From Alphaproteobacteria bacterium (GTDB lineage Bacteria; Pseudomonadota; Alphaproteobacteria; UBA828), in the NCBI GenBank assembly GCA_965220745.1, contig CBDCQT010000003.1, forward strand, positions 64,001 to 128,000: 64,000 bases of DNA, in the 5' to 3' direction. Positions 41,397 to 50,781 of this stretch are shown here, one piece after another (within the stretch, counting starts at the first letter, position 1; the number at the start of each line of letters is the position of its first letter). A program made the position numbers and the translations under genes. The notes below the pieces were generated by a model. The model made no database searches. It was not told the DNA's origin and worked only from the letters and a program-made list of their open reading frames with translations.

Positions 41397-43475
41397 TTAG
41401 GTGCTGCGTTCGCGCAGGGTCAGCACGGCGCCGAGCACGACAATACCGAAGATGATGTCGCGCCAGGCGAAGTGAAGCTCCGAGCCCGAGACCAGTGTCC
41501 CCACCGCCGTCAACAGCAGCGCGCCGCCGAAGATGCCGAGGTAGTGCCCGCGCCCGCCGATGGCGAGCGTGCCTCCCACCAGCACGACGGCAATCGCCGG
41601 CAGCAGGAAGCGCTGGCCCATGTTGAGGAAGGAGACGGTGGAGAAGCCGGTCATAAGCACACCGGCGAGCGCCGAGCAGAAGCCGCTCAGCACGTAGACG
41701 CCGAGCACCGTCCAGTCGACCCGCACGCCGGAGAGTCGCGCCACCCGCGCGCTGTTGCCGACCGCGAAGACGCGCCGGCCGAAGGTCGTGCGATGCAGCA
41801 CGACATAGGCCACGCCGGCGAAGCCGATGAGGAACCAGGCGGCGGGCGCGAGCCCGGCGAGCCGTTCGGTGAAGAACCAGACCAGCGCCGGCGGCGAGCG
41901 CCCGGTAGGGATACCGCCGGTGAAGAGCAGGCCCGCGCCCTGCATGATGCCGTTGGTCGCCAGCGTGACGACGATCGCCGGCATGCCGAACAGCACCACG
42001 CCGATGCCGTTGAAGAGGCCGACGCCGATGCCGATTGCCAGCACCAGCGGCACCGCCCAGTAGGCTGGCCCGTCCATCCCGTTGCAGAGCGCGGCCAGCA
42101 CCACGCCGGTGAACGCGAGCGTGTGCGGCACCGAGAGGTCGAGCCCGCCGGTGAGCACCACCGCGCCTTGCCCAAGGCCCAGCACGGCCAGGAAGAGCCC
42201 GAGCGTCAGCAGCGAGTTGAGGTAGTGGACGCTCACGCTCTCGCCGCCGATGACTGCGACCACGAGGATGTAGACCACGACCAGTAGCGTCCAGGCCGGC
42301 ACCATCAGGCGGAGCACGTCCCAGTTCTTGGTGGTCCACTGCCAGAGCTGCGGCCCGCTGAGTTCGTCGCTCGCCCGTGGAGTCCAGTTCGTGGCGAGCT
42401 TGCCGGTATTGGCTCGCGCGCCGCCGTGGAAGGAGGGCAGGCTCCTGTGCCTGAGCCCCGATAGCTTGAGGCCGGTCACCCGCCAGTACTCGGCCAGCGA
42501 CGTGTCGCGGCCGATCGAGGCGCCGATCACCGCCAGCAGCAGGATCACCGCCTCGGTGATCGGCATGACGTGCGGCGACCAGTTGAGCACGATCAGCACG
42601 TTCGAGATCAGCATCAGCGTGAACGCCGCGAACACTGTGCCGAGGCAGCCGCCCTCGCCGCCGCCGATCCGGGTGCCGCCCAGGATGGTCGCGGCGAAGA
42701 TGAGGAGCAGCATGCCGCTCCCCACCAGCGGGTCGCCGGAGCTGGTCTGCGCGCTGAGGAAGACCCCGCCAGCGCCGTAGAAGGTGCCGGCCAGCGTGTA
42801 GCCGAGGAACTTGGTGCGCGCGACGTTGATGCCGTTGGCAAAGGCGGCGTCCTCGTTGCTGCCGACGGCGTAGAGCGCAGTACCGAAGCGCGAGCGCTTG
42901 ATGAGTGCCCAAAGCCCCAGCGCCAGCAGGATGACCAGGAGGGCGGCGGGGAAGCCGTCCGGGATCAGGTCGCCGGTGAAGACCATCGAGAGGCCGTAGG
43001 GGATGTAGCCGCCCGGATCCGGCATCAGGAGCAGGTTGAGGCCGAGGATGATGAACATCACCGCCAGCGTCACCACCACCGGCTGCAGCCGCATGTAAGC
43101 GATGAAGAAGCCGTTGATGGCGCCGACCGAGGCCCCGATGCCGAGCCCCGCGAAGCACATCAGGACCTGGCTCCAAAGGGAATCGGTGGTGTGCAGCGCC
43201 ATGATCACGTTGACGAGCGAGAGCACGGCGCCGCAGGAGAGGTCGAACCCGCCGATCAGGAACACCACCGTCTGACCCATGGCGGCGAAGGCCAAAGGCC
43301 CGGTGTTGGACGAGAGGAAGTTGATCTCGAAGTAGCTGATCGGGCCGGGCGAGATCACGTCCAGGCAGACGAAGATGCCGATGAAGGCCGTGACCGCCAC
43401 CAGCAGTCGCCGGTTGCGCGAGAGGCCCTGCTGCCAGGAGAGCCGCGGCAGGCGCGCGAGCGGTACGTCGCTCAC
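41397..43475 (-). CDS. Sugar-type (CUT2) ABC permease, two permease domains fused
   Basis: Two copies of GGxDLS / FGxx.yAvG.N / A.ilGGT...GGxG motifs in one ORF of about 690 aa. Confidence 0.85.
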   Translation of the reverse strand: MSDVPLARLPRLSWQQGLSRNRRLLVAVTAFIGIFVCLDVISPGPISYFEINFLSSNTGPLAFAAMGQTVVFLIGGFDLSCGAVLSLVNVIMALHTTDSLWSQVLMCFAGLGIGASVGAINGFFIAYMRLQPVVVTLAVMFIILGLNLLLMPDPGGYIPYGLSMVFTGDLIPDGFPAALLVILLALGLWALIKRSRFGTALYAVGSNEDAAFANGINVARTKFLGYTLAGTFYGAGGVFLSAQTSSGDPLVGSGMLLLIFAATILGGTRIGGGEGGCLGTVFAAFTLMLISNVLIVLNWSPHVMPITEAVILLLAVIGASIGRDTSLAEYWRVTGLKLSGLRHRSLPSFHGGARANTGKLATNWTPRASDELSGPQLWQWTTKNWDVLRLMVPAWTLLVVVYILVVAVIGGESVSVHYLNSLLTLGLFLAVLGLGQGAVVLTGGLDLSVPHTLAFTGVVLAALCNGMDGPAYWAVPLVLAIGIGVGLFNGIGVVLFGMPAIVVTLATNGIMQGAGLLFTGGIPTGRSPPALVWFFTERLAGLAPAAWFLIGFAGVAYVVLHRTTFGRRVFAVGNSARVARLSGVRVDWTVLGVYVLSGFCSALAGVLMTGFSTVSFLNMGQRFLLPAIAVVLVGGTLAIGGRGHYLGIFGGALLLTAVGTLVSGSELHFAWRDIIFGIVVLGAVLTLRERST

Positions 43476-45049
43476 GGGGCCGCTCCCGCCTCTGCGGCCG
43501 GCTGCGCCCCTTGTTGTGCGGACTCGGCGCCCTTCTCCGGGCCCTCGGCGCCGAGCGCGTAGCCCATGATGGCCTGCTCGGTGATCTCCTCGCCGATCAG
43601 CTCCTTGACCATGCGCCCGCGGTACATGACCAGCACCCGGTCGCAGATGTTCACGAGCTCCGGTATCTCGGTGGTGTAGTAGAGGATGGCGGCGCCAGCC
43701 TTGGCGAGCGCGCGGATCAGCACGTAGATCTCGTGCTTGGTGCCGATATCGACGCCCCGCGTCGGGTCGAAGGTGAGCAGCACCTGGCTCTGCGCCAGCA
43801 GCCACTTGGCGATGGCGATCTTCTGTTGGTTGCCGCCGGAGAAGGATGAGACGGTCTTGTAGAGCGCCCGCGGGTGAACCTGCAGGTCGTTCAGCACCTC
43901 GTCCACGGCGGCGGCCTCGGCCCTGCGGTCGATCCAGCCGGCCGACGCGAAGCGGTCGATGATCGGGATCGAGGCATTGGCGCCGCCGGTGAGCCTGAGG
44001 AAGAGTGCTTCGGTCTTGCGGTCCTCCGGCACCATGCTGATGCCGGCGCGCACCGCATCGGCCGGCGAAGCGAGCGTGAGCGCCCGGCCGCCGAGGGCGA
44101 TGGTGCCGCCATCCACGCCGCGCTCGCCGAAAAGCGCCTCGAACAGTTCGCGCTGGCCCATGCCCTGGAGCGCGCCGATGCCCAGTACCTCGCCCGGCCA
44201 GAGCTCGAAGGAGAGATCGTCCAGCGTGCCGCCGATGGTGAGACTCTCGCCGGAGAAGGCAGGCACGGAAGCATCGGCCTGGCGGTAGTTCTCGCGTTCC
44301 GGATAGATCGCGCCGAGAGAGCGGCCGATCACGAGGCTGACCACCTCGTCGTCCGTCACCTCGTCGATCCCGTAGGAGCCCACGTGCCTGCCGTTGCGGA
44401 GCACCGTGAGGCTCTGGCAGAAGCGGCGCACCTCGGCCATGCGGTGCGAGATGAAGACGATCGTCACGCCCTCTGCGTTGAGGCTGTCGATGAGGTCCCC
44501 AAGCCAGTCAACGTCGGAGGCCGATAACGTGGAGGTTGGCTCGTCCAGCAGCAGCACCCGGGGCTCGCGCGCGACCGCCTTCGCGATCTCGATCTTCTGG
44601 CGGGTGGAAAGCGCGAGGTCGCTCACCAGCGCGTTGGGGTCCACGTCGTCCAGGCCGAGGCGGGCGAAGTGCTGCACCACGGCGCGCTTGCTGCCGCGCC
44701 GGTCGATCTGGCCTGCCACCAGCGGCTCGTAGGGCAGCAGCATGTTCTGGATGACGGTCAGATCGTCGATCAGGGTCATTTCCTGAAACGCCGTCTGAAT
44801 GCCGAGCCGGTGCGCGCGGGAAGGGCGCCCGATGGTCACATCGTCGCCGAACACGTGGATGCCGCCGGTATCCTCGCGGATCAGTCCGGCCAGAATCTTG
44901 ACGAGGGTGGACTTGCCGGCGCCGTTCTCGCCGATCAGCGCGCGGATCTCGCCCTGCGGAATGGAGAAGGTGACGTCGTCGAGGGCAACGGTCGCGTCAA
45001 ACCGTTTGGAGAGGCCGTCGACCGCGATGGCGGGCGCCGCATCGTTCAT
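43472..45049 (-). CDS. Sugar ABC transporter ATP-binding protein (RbsA-like, two NBDs)
   Basis: GENGAGKST, LLDEPTS, FSGGNQQK, DPTRGVDIGTK. Confidence 0.93.
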   Translation of the reverse strand: MNDAAPAIAVDGLSKRFDATVALDDVTFSIPQGEIRALIGENGAGKSTLVKILAGLIREDTGGIHVFGDDVTIGRPSRAHRLGIQTAFQEMTLIDDLTVIQNMLLPYEPLVAGQIDRRGSKRAVVQHFARLGLDDVDPNALVSDLALSTRQKIEIAKAVAREPRVLLLDEPTSTLSASDVDWLGDLIDSLNAEGVTIVFISHRMAEVRRFCQSLTVLRNGRHVGSYGIDEVTDDEVVSLVIGRSLGAIYPERENYRQADASVPAFSGESLTIGGTLDDLSFELWPGEVLGIGALQGMGQRELFEALFGERGVDGGTIALGGRALTLASPADAVRAGISMVPEDRKTEALFLRLTGGANASIPIIDRFASAGWIDRRAEAAAVDEVLNDLQVHPRALYKTVSSFSGGNQQKIAIAKWLLAQSQVLLTFDPTRGVDIGTKHEIYVLIRALAKAGAAILYYTTEIPELVNICDRVLVMYRGRMVKELIGEEITEQAIMGYALGAEGPEKGAESAQQGAQPAAEAGAAP

Positions 45050-45070
45050 GCGTGCCCGCGCGAAGAAATG

Positions 45071-45111
45071 TGCGCCGGGGCTCTGCCAGACTCGCGGCCG
45101 GCCCCGGCGCA
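45071..45111 (-). terminator. Stem-loop downstream of the substrate-binding gene
   Basis: TGCGCCGGGGC...GCCCCGGCGCA inverted repeat. Confidence 0.5.
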
Positions 45112-45150
45112 GCAGTCGTCATGGATCATGGCGGACGAGCCGCCGATCCT

Positions 45151-46290
45151 TCAGGTTTCGTCGTCCAGCATCCCTTCGGTGGCCGCGCGGAAGCCGAGCT
45201 CGGGCACCTGGGGCGACCAGAAATCGATGGCATAGTCAGGCGGGACGATGCCAGGCTTGATGGTGTTGCAGCCCGCCGCGAACTCCTCCGCCGTGCCGTT
45301 CTCGCAGAGCTTCACGTTGTCCTGCGTGACCTCGACCCCGGTGTACCACCGGAGATGCGGCACGTCCTCGTTGCCGTCGAGCACCTCCATGGCGGTCTTG
45401 AAGGTGTAGGAAACCGCCCAGAGGCCGGAGCCGATCGACTGGCCCTTCTTGCCGAGCGCGCCTTCGATTCCGGAATCGACCGGCAGCATCTGCAGCCGGT
45501 TGCCGTTCGCTGACTCGCCCGCGCACGGGATGATCGGATTGTCCGGCCACCAGCCGTCCTCCACCTGCATCTGGGAGACCGTGTAGCAGCCGGTCTGCGC
45601 CACGATGCCGTCGATATCCGCCCAGCTCTTGGTGGCCAGCAGCTCGCGCATCTTGAGCCGAGCTTCGGAGTGGCTCCACATGCCCACGAGCTCGGCCAGC
45701 ACGTTGACATCGGGGTGCCGTTCCACCGCCTGCTTGAAGCCCTTGTGGTGATCCTCGCCGTAGGAGACGCCGGGCACGCCGGTGATGGCGACGATGTTGC
45801 CCTTGCCGCCCATCTGGTCGATCACGTACTGGGTGCGGTAGTCGCCGAGCGCCACGCCGTCGATCTTCACGACATAGGCGCAGGGCTCGGTCACGCCGTT
45901 GATCACGGCCACGACCACGCCCTTGTTGCACGCGTTCCTGATGACCTTGTTGAGCGCCGTCGGCGAGATCGGGAAGGCCACGATGGCATCCGCGCCGGCC
46001 GCGATCATCGCGTTCATCTGCTGAATCTGTTTTTGGGCGTCGGGGCCGGAGGCCTGGACCCGCAGCTCGACCCGATCGCGGTACTGCGGCGCCTTGGCCA
46101 TGGCGATGACGGTGTTCTTGGCCTCAGTCTGCCAGGCGTTGCCCACGTAGCTCATGCTGTAATAGACGAGGAACTTGCCGTCCTCGGTCTTGGCCTCGGC
46201 CTTGTCGGCAGTCACGCTGGCGGCGAGTGCTATGCCCGCGCCGGCGGCAATCGCCCAGCGGGCGAGGCGTTTCGTTGCCCTGATTCTCAC
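45151..46290 (-). CDS. Sugar-type ABC periplasmic substrate-binding protein
   Basis: Signal peptide; SMSYVGNAWQ, QIQQMNAMIAAGADAIV, GKGNIVAITGVPG. Confidence 0.88.
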   Translation of the reverse strand: MRIRATKRLARWAIAAGAGIALAASVTADKAEAKTEDGKFLVYYSMSYVGNAWQTEAKNTVIAMAKAPQYRDRVELRVQASGPDAQKQIQQMNAMIAAGADAIVAFPISPTALNKVIRNACNKGVVVAVINGVTEPCAYVVKIDGVALGDYRTQYVIDQMGGKGNIVAITGVPGVSYGEDHHKGFKQAVERHPDVNVLAELVGMWSHSEARLKMRELLATKSWADIDGIVAQTGCYTVSQMQVEDGWWPDNPIIPCAGESANGNRLQMLPVDSGIEGALGKKGQSIGSGLWAVSYTFKTAMEVLDGNEDVPHLRWYTGVEVTQDNVKLCENGTAEEFAAGCNTIKPGIVPPDYAIDFWSPQVPELGFRAATEGMLDDET

Positions 46291-46439
46291 CTGTCTCCCT
46301 CCCTTGTTCGCTTTGCAAAACACCGGATGATCCTCGTCTTTAGAGTGTGCCGCCCGCAGCCGGGACGAGTCAATTGCGGCCCGTTTCGACCGGCAGCCCA
46401 AGATGGGCTACGCTCCCGCGCCAGCAGGGAGGGGCGAAG

Positions 46440-48161
46440 ATGACGGACGCGCGCGAGGCCGCGGGCATCGTGGTCGAGACCGACGTCATGGTGCGGATGC
46501 GGGACGGCGTGCACCTCGCCTGCGACATCTACCGGCCGGCCTCGGGCGGCCCGGTTCCGGCCCTGGTTCAGCGCCAGCCCTACGACAAGCGCGTCGCCCA
46601 GACCTATGTCTATGACCACCCGGCGGTCTATGCGCGCCACGGCTATGCGGTGGTGATCGAGGACACCCGCGGGCGCTACGCCTCCGAGGGCGAGTTCTAT
46701 CCGCTCCGCCTCGATGCCGAGGACGGCTACGACACCGTCGAATGGTGCGCGGCCCAGCCCTGGTGCAACGGCCGGGTCGGCAGCTTCGGATTCTCCATTC
46801 CGGGCGTGAACCAGCTGCTCGCCGCCGCGCTCAAGCCCCCGCACCTCGCCGCCGCCGTGCCCGGCTTCTATCCGGGCGGCATGTACGAGGGCTTCACCCA
46901 CGTGGGCGGCACCTTCGGGCTTGCGGCGGTGATGGACTGGGCGCTCATCCTTGCGGGCGATGCGGCGCGGCGGCGGAACGACAGGGAAGTGCTCGGCGCC
47001 CTCGGCGCGGCGCAGGCGGCCTGCGGCCGCTGGCCGGCGGCGCTCGGACTCAGGGACATCCCTTTCCTCGAGACGCCGAACCTCATGCCCTTCCTCAAGG
47101 ACTACGTGGACCACCCCGCCCACGATGCCTACTGGCAGGAATGGGAGCTTGCGCCCCGGCTCGGGCAGATCGACGTGCCCTGCCTCCACGTCAGCGGCTG
47201 GTACGACAGCTTCATCCCCCAGACCATGGCGGCCTACGAGGCGTTTAGCGCCGCCGGCCGGGCCGAACACCGGCTGATCGTGGGCCCCTGGTATCACATC
47301 CCGTGGACCCAGCAGGTCGGCGCCATCGATTTCGGCGACGAAGCGAAGAACACCGTCAGCGTCTACGAGCGCGCCTGGTTCGACGCCTGGCTGAGGGACG
47401 ACCGCTCCGCGTTGGAGGCGCTGCCGCCCGTGCGCCTCTTCGTCACCGGCGAGAATCGTTGGCTCGACGCCGATGCCTGGCCGCTCGCAGGCACGGGCTC
47501 CGAGCGCTGGTACATGCACAGCGGCGGCCGCGCCAACTCGCTGAGCGGGGACGGGACGCTTGACCGGGAAGCGCCGGGCGACGAGGCACCGGATTTCTTC
47601 ATCTACAACCCGTTCGATCCGGTGCCGAGCATGGGCGGCCATTCCTGCTGCCTGCCGCAGACCGCACCCATGGGGCCGATGGACCAGCGCCCGGTGGAGT
47701 ATCGGAACGACGTGCTGGTCTATACGTCGGCGCCGCTGGATGCGCCCTACTTCGCCGCCGGCCCTGTCACGGCGCGGCTGAGTGCCGCGACCAGCGCCGC
47801 CGATACCGATTTCACGGTGAAGCTCTGCGACGTTGAGCCCGACGGGCGTTCGATCAACTTGTTCGAGGGTGTGATCCGCGGCCGCTTCCGCGAGAGCCGG
47901 GAGCGCGAGGTGCCGCTGGAGCCCCACCGCGTCTACGAATTCGTCATCGATGTCGGCGTGATCTGCCACGTCTTCCGCGCCGGGCATCGCGTCCGGGTCG
48001 AGGTGTCGAGCAGCAACTACCCGGCCTTCGACCGTAACCCCAACACCGGCGGGCCCATCGGCGCCGAGCACGCCTTCGACCTCCAGCCCGCGCATCAGAC
48101 CGTGTTCCACGATGGGGCCCGCCCCTCTTTCATCGACCTGCCAATTGTCCGGCAGACCTGA
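46440..48161 (+). CDS. CocE/NonD family hydrolase
   Basis: MRDGVHLACDIYRP, RQPY, DTRGRYASEG, GSFGFSIPG nucleophile elbow, GWYD, GPWYH, SSSNYPAFDRNPN. Confidence 0.92.
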   Translation: MTDAREAAGIVVETDVMVRMRDGVHLACDIYRPASGGPVPALVQRQPYDKRVAQTYVYDHPAVYARHGYAVVIEDTRGRYASEGEFYPLRLDAEDGYDTVEWCAAQPWCNGRVGSFGFSIPGVNQLLAAALKPPHLAAAVPGFYPGGMYEGFTHVGGTFGLAAVMDWALILAGDAARRRNDREVLGALGAAQAACGRWPAALGLRDIPFLETPNLMPFLKDYVDHPAHDAYWQEWELAPRLGQIDVPCLHVSGWYDSFIPQTMAAYEAFSAAGRAEHRLIVGPWYHIPWTQQVGAIDFGDEAKNTVSVYERAWFDAWLRDDRSALEALPPVRLFVTGENRWLDADAWPLAGTGSERWYMHSGGRANSLSGDGTLDREAPGDEAPDFFIYNPFDPVPSMGGHSCCLPQTAPMGPMDQRPVEYRNDVLVYTSAPLDAPYFAAGPVTARLSAATSAADTDFTVKLCDVEPDGRSINLFEGVIRGRFRESREREVPLEPHRVYEFVIDVGVICHVFRAGHRVRVEVSSSNYPAFDRNPNTGGPIGAEHAFDLQPAHQTVFHDGARPSFIDLPIVRQT

Positions 48162-48184
48162 CCGCCGAAGAGGAGAATTCACCG

Positions 48185-49378
48185 ATGGCCGACGATCGCA
48201 CTTACCTCACGCCCGCGAGCGAAGCCTGGATGAGCGGCCGGCCGGCCTCGGCAGCGGTCCGGGTCGGCGACCTCATGTTCCTCTCGGGCCAGGGGAGCGT
48301 GACCGACGACGGCCGGGTGACGGACGCGGGCGACGTCGAGGCCCAGGCGCGGAACGCCTTCGCAAGGGCCGGTGCGGTGCTGGAGGCGGCGGGCGCGGGC
48401 ATCGACGACGTGCTCGACGTGATGACCTTCCACAAGGACCCGCGCACGATAGACGCCGTCTTCGACGTCGGCCGCGAGGTGTTCTCCGCCCCCTATCCGG
48501 CGTGGACCGCCCTCGGCATGGTGGGGGCACACGATCCCGGTCTCGAGGTCGTCGTGCGGGTGGTCGCGCATGTGGGTGCCGGTGAGAAGCAGGGCGTGAC
48601 CCCAGCGGGCTTCGGCTGGATGGAGGGCCTTCCCATTTCGGCCGCCTGTCGCAAGAGCGACTACCTCTTCACCAGCGGCATCGTGGCTGCTGACGATGGC
48701 GGCGCGGTGGTGGCGCCTGCCAACCACATGGCGCAGGCGCGCTTCTGCTACGACCGGCTCAAGGACGTGATGCAGGCAGCGGGCGGCTCGCTCGACGAGA
48801 TCGTCGATATGATCTGTTTCAATCACGACGCCCGCGGCATGGACGCCGCCGTCGATACCTGGTGCAACGAGACCGTCGAGGGGCTGCCCATCGGCGAGGC
48901 CACGTCCTACACCGCGATCGGCATGACCGGCCTGCATCGGATGGGCCAGGTCGGTTGCTACCGGGCCATTGCGGACTTCAGCGAAGGCCCCCGGATCGCC
49001 CACAACCTGCCGAGCATCCATTGGCACGACCAGCGTATCTCTGGCGCGAGCCGCAAGGCGCACGGGCGGCTCATCGGCATCTCCGGCCAGGTCGCCTCGG
49101 ACGGGCAGAAGAACATCATCGCCCGCGGCGATGTCGCCTCCCAGGCGCACTACTGCTTCGGCCAGATCCGGGGCGTGCTGGAGAAACACGACGCGAGCCT
49201 CGACGACATCGTCGAGATCGTCTCCTTCCACAAGGATCCCAGGGCCTGGGAGACCGTGATGGCGGTGGGCAGCGAGCTGTTCAAGCCCGGCCACGGCCCG
49301 GCCTGGACGCCCATCGGCTGCACCGGCCTCTACCTCGAAGGCTATCTGCACGAGATCTACGCGATCGCCATGGTGTGA
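48185..49378 (+). CDS. Protein of three tandem Rid (YjgF/YER057c/UK114) domains
   Basis: Three repeats of about 130 aa, each with SG(Q/I)...(A/S)QA...G/S.DD(I/V) and PAWT/TSYT. Confidence 0.82.
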   Translation: MADDRTYLTPASEAWMSGRPASAAVRVGDLMFLSGQGSVTDDGRVTDAGDVEAQARNAFARAGAVLEAAGAGIDDVLDVMTFHKDPRTIDAVFDVGREVFSAPYPAWTALGMVGAHDPGLEVVVRVVAHVGAGEKQGVTPAGFGWMEGLPISAACRKSDYLFTSGIVAADDGGAVVAPANHMAQARFCYDRLKDVMQAAGGSLDEIVDMICFNHDARGMDAAVDTWCNETVEGLPIGEATSYTAIGMTGLHRMGQVGCYRAIADFSEGPRIAHNLPSIHWHDQRISGASRKAHGRLIGISGQVASDGQKNIIARGDVASQAHYCFGQIRGVLEKHDASLDDIVEIVSFHKDPRAWETVMAVGSELFKPGHGPAWTPIGCTGLYLEGYLHEIYAIAMV

Positions 49379-49422
49379 ACGCGTTGATCCATGTTGCCGA
49401 TGGCCAAGCCGCCACGGACCCT

Positions 49423-49932
49423 TCAACCGCGCATGTTTCCGAATGCGAGGAGTCCGGTCAGGAAAGTATCCGCCTGAATGCTCCCGCGGACACCGTGCCA
49501 GTCTGCGAACGCCTGTTCTGCGCGCTCCACGAAGTCGAGGGCTTCACGACGCGTGAACCGACGGGCTCTGTTGTAGTCCGCCTCGAGGCGGGCCTCCTGA
49601 AGTTCGACGAGCGCGCTCGCTACCCGGACGAGCTCCGGCTGCAATTCTTTGCCGCTCAACCCGGGAGACAGCTTTGGCGAAACATTGTCAATCGAGAACT
49701 GTTGGGCGACTTGCCTCATTACTGAGTGTCCAAATGCTCGCGCCAGACAGCGGCGAAGGGCGACCCGGTCGCGGCCACGGAGCATGCGCCTCGTCGATTC
49801 ATCGACCAGCAGATGAAAGAGGGCGTAGTAGGATGTCGAGACCGCCCGACGCAGGCTCGCCTGCAACGGGCGCCGCGGCTCCTTGACGGCGAGCTGACGG
49901 GCTTGCCGCAACAAATCAACTTGCAGGCTCAC
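49423..49932 (-). CDS. HEPN-like domain protein
   Basis: LRRAVSTSYYALFH and LQEARLEADY, typical of the HEPN fold. Confidence 0.72.
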   Translation of the reverse strand: MSLQVDLLRQARQLAVKEPRRPLQASLRRAVSTSYYALFHLLVDESTRRMLRGRDRVALRRCLARAFGHSVMRQVAQQFSIDNVSPKLSPGLSGKELQPELVRVASALVELQEARLEADYNRARRFTRREALDFVERAEQAFADWHGVRGSIQADTFLTGLLAFGNMRG

Positions 49933-49937
49933 GACAC

Positions 49938-50207
49938 TTAGGCGGCCTCCGAAGCCCCTCGGAAGCGAACATAGGTCCATATTGAGGATTCGGTCTTGCG
50001 GCGGACCAGATTGCGCACCATGTCCCGCAACCGGTCTCGGGTTTCGAGGTCCACTTCCTCCTCCGTGAGATAGACCCATACCCACACGGCGGGGGCGTCA
50101 GTAGAGTCGACCCCGGTTTCAACCTCCCAGCCGCTGACCGGGGTCGGAAGATTCCGCAGCGTTCCCAGCGCCGACTCGATGTTGGCTGCCGTGATTTTCA
50201 TCTCCAT
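49938..50207 (-). CDS. Small hypothetical protein, probable partner/antitoxin of the HEPN gene
   Basis: About 89 aa, 5 bp from the HEPN gene; GVDSTDAPAVWVWVYL...YVRFR. Confidence 0.6.
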   Translation of the reverse strand: MEMKITAANIESALGTLRNLPTPVSGWEVETGVDSTDAPAVWVWVYLTEEEVDLETRDRLRDMVRNLVRRKTESSIWTYVRFRGASEAA

Positions 50208-50391
50208 CACCTGATGGACGTTGCAAACAACGCGCCCTCCGAGTGAACGATAACGGGAGACGGGGGATCAGTGAACTACGAATGACCAGCGCAGCTTGTC
50301 ATTCTCCGAGTTCACCGCTCCTTCTCCGAACCTCTTCCCCCGTGGCAGTATCGTCGGGCGCGCCGCTGCGGCGCCTGCCAAGGAGACAGAA

Positions 50392-50781
50392 ATGATCACG
50401 CTTCATAATCCGGATTCGGTCGTGGCGGCCGCGTCGTTCTACAGTCAGGCGGCGGAGGTGGGGCCCGGCAAGCGCTGGCTCCACGTCTCGGGCCAGGTGG
50501 GCGCAGCGCCCGACGGCACATTGGCGGAGGGCTTCGAGGCGCAGAGCGACCAGGTCTGGCGCAACATCGAAGCCCTGCTCGCCGCCGCCGATATGACCAT
50601 GGAGAACCTAGTGATCGTGCGGGCGCTGCTAGTGGACCGCGCCCACCTCGGGGCTTATCGGAAGATCAGGGACCGCCACCTGCAGGGCCACCAGGCGGCC
50701 TCGACGCTGCTGATCGTCGCTGGCCTCGCCGACGAGCGCTGGCTGATCGAGATCGAGGCGCTGGCCGCCGCCGACACCTGA
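50392..50781 (+). CDS. Rid (RidA-family) protein lacking the catalytic Arg
   Basis: YSQAAEV, LHVSGQVG, ASTLLIVAGLA, LIEIEALAA. Confidence 0.88.
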   Translation: MITLHNPDSVVAAASFYSQAAEVGPGKRWLHVSGQVGAAPDGTLAEGFEAQSDQVWRNIEALLAAADMTMENLVIVRALLVDRAHLGAYRKIRDRHLQGHQAASTLLIVAGLADERWLIEIEALAAADT

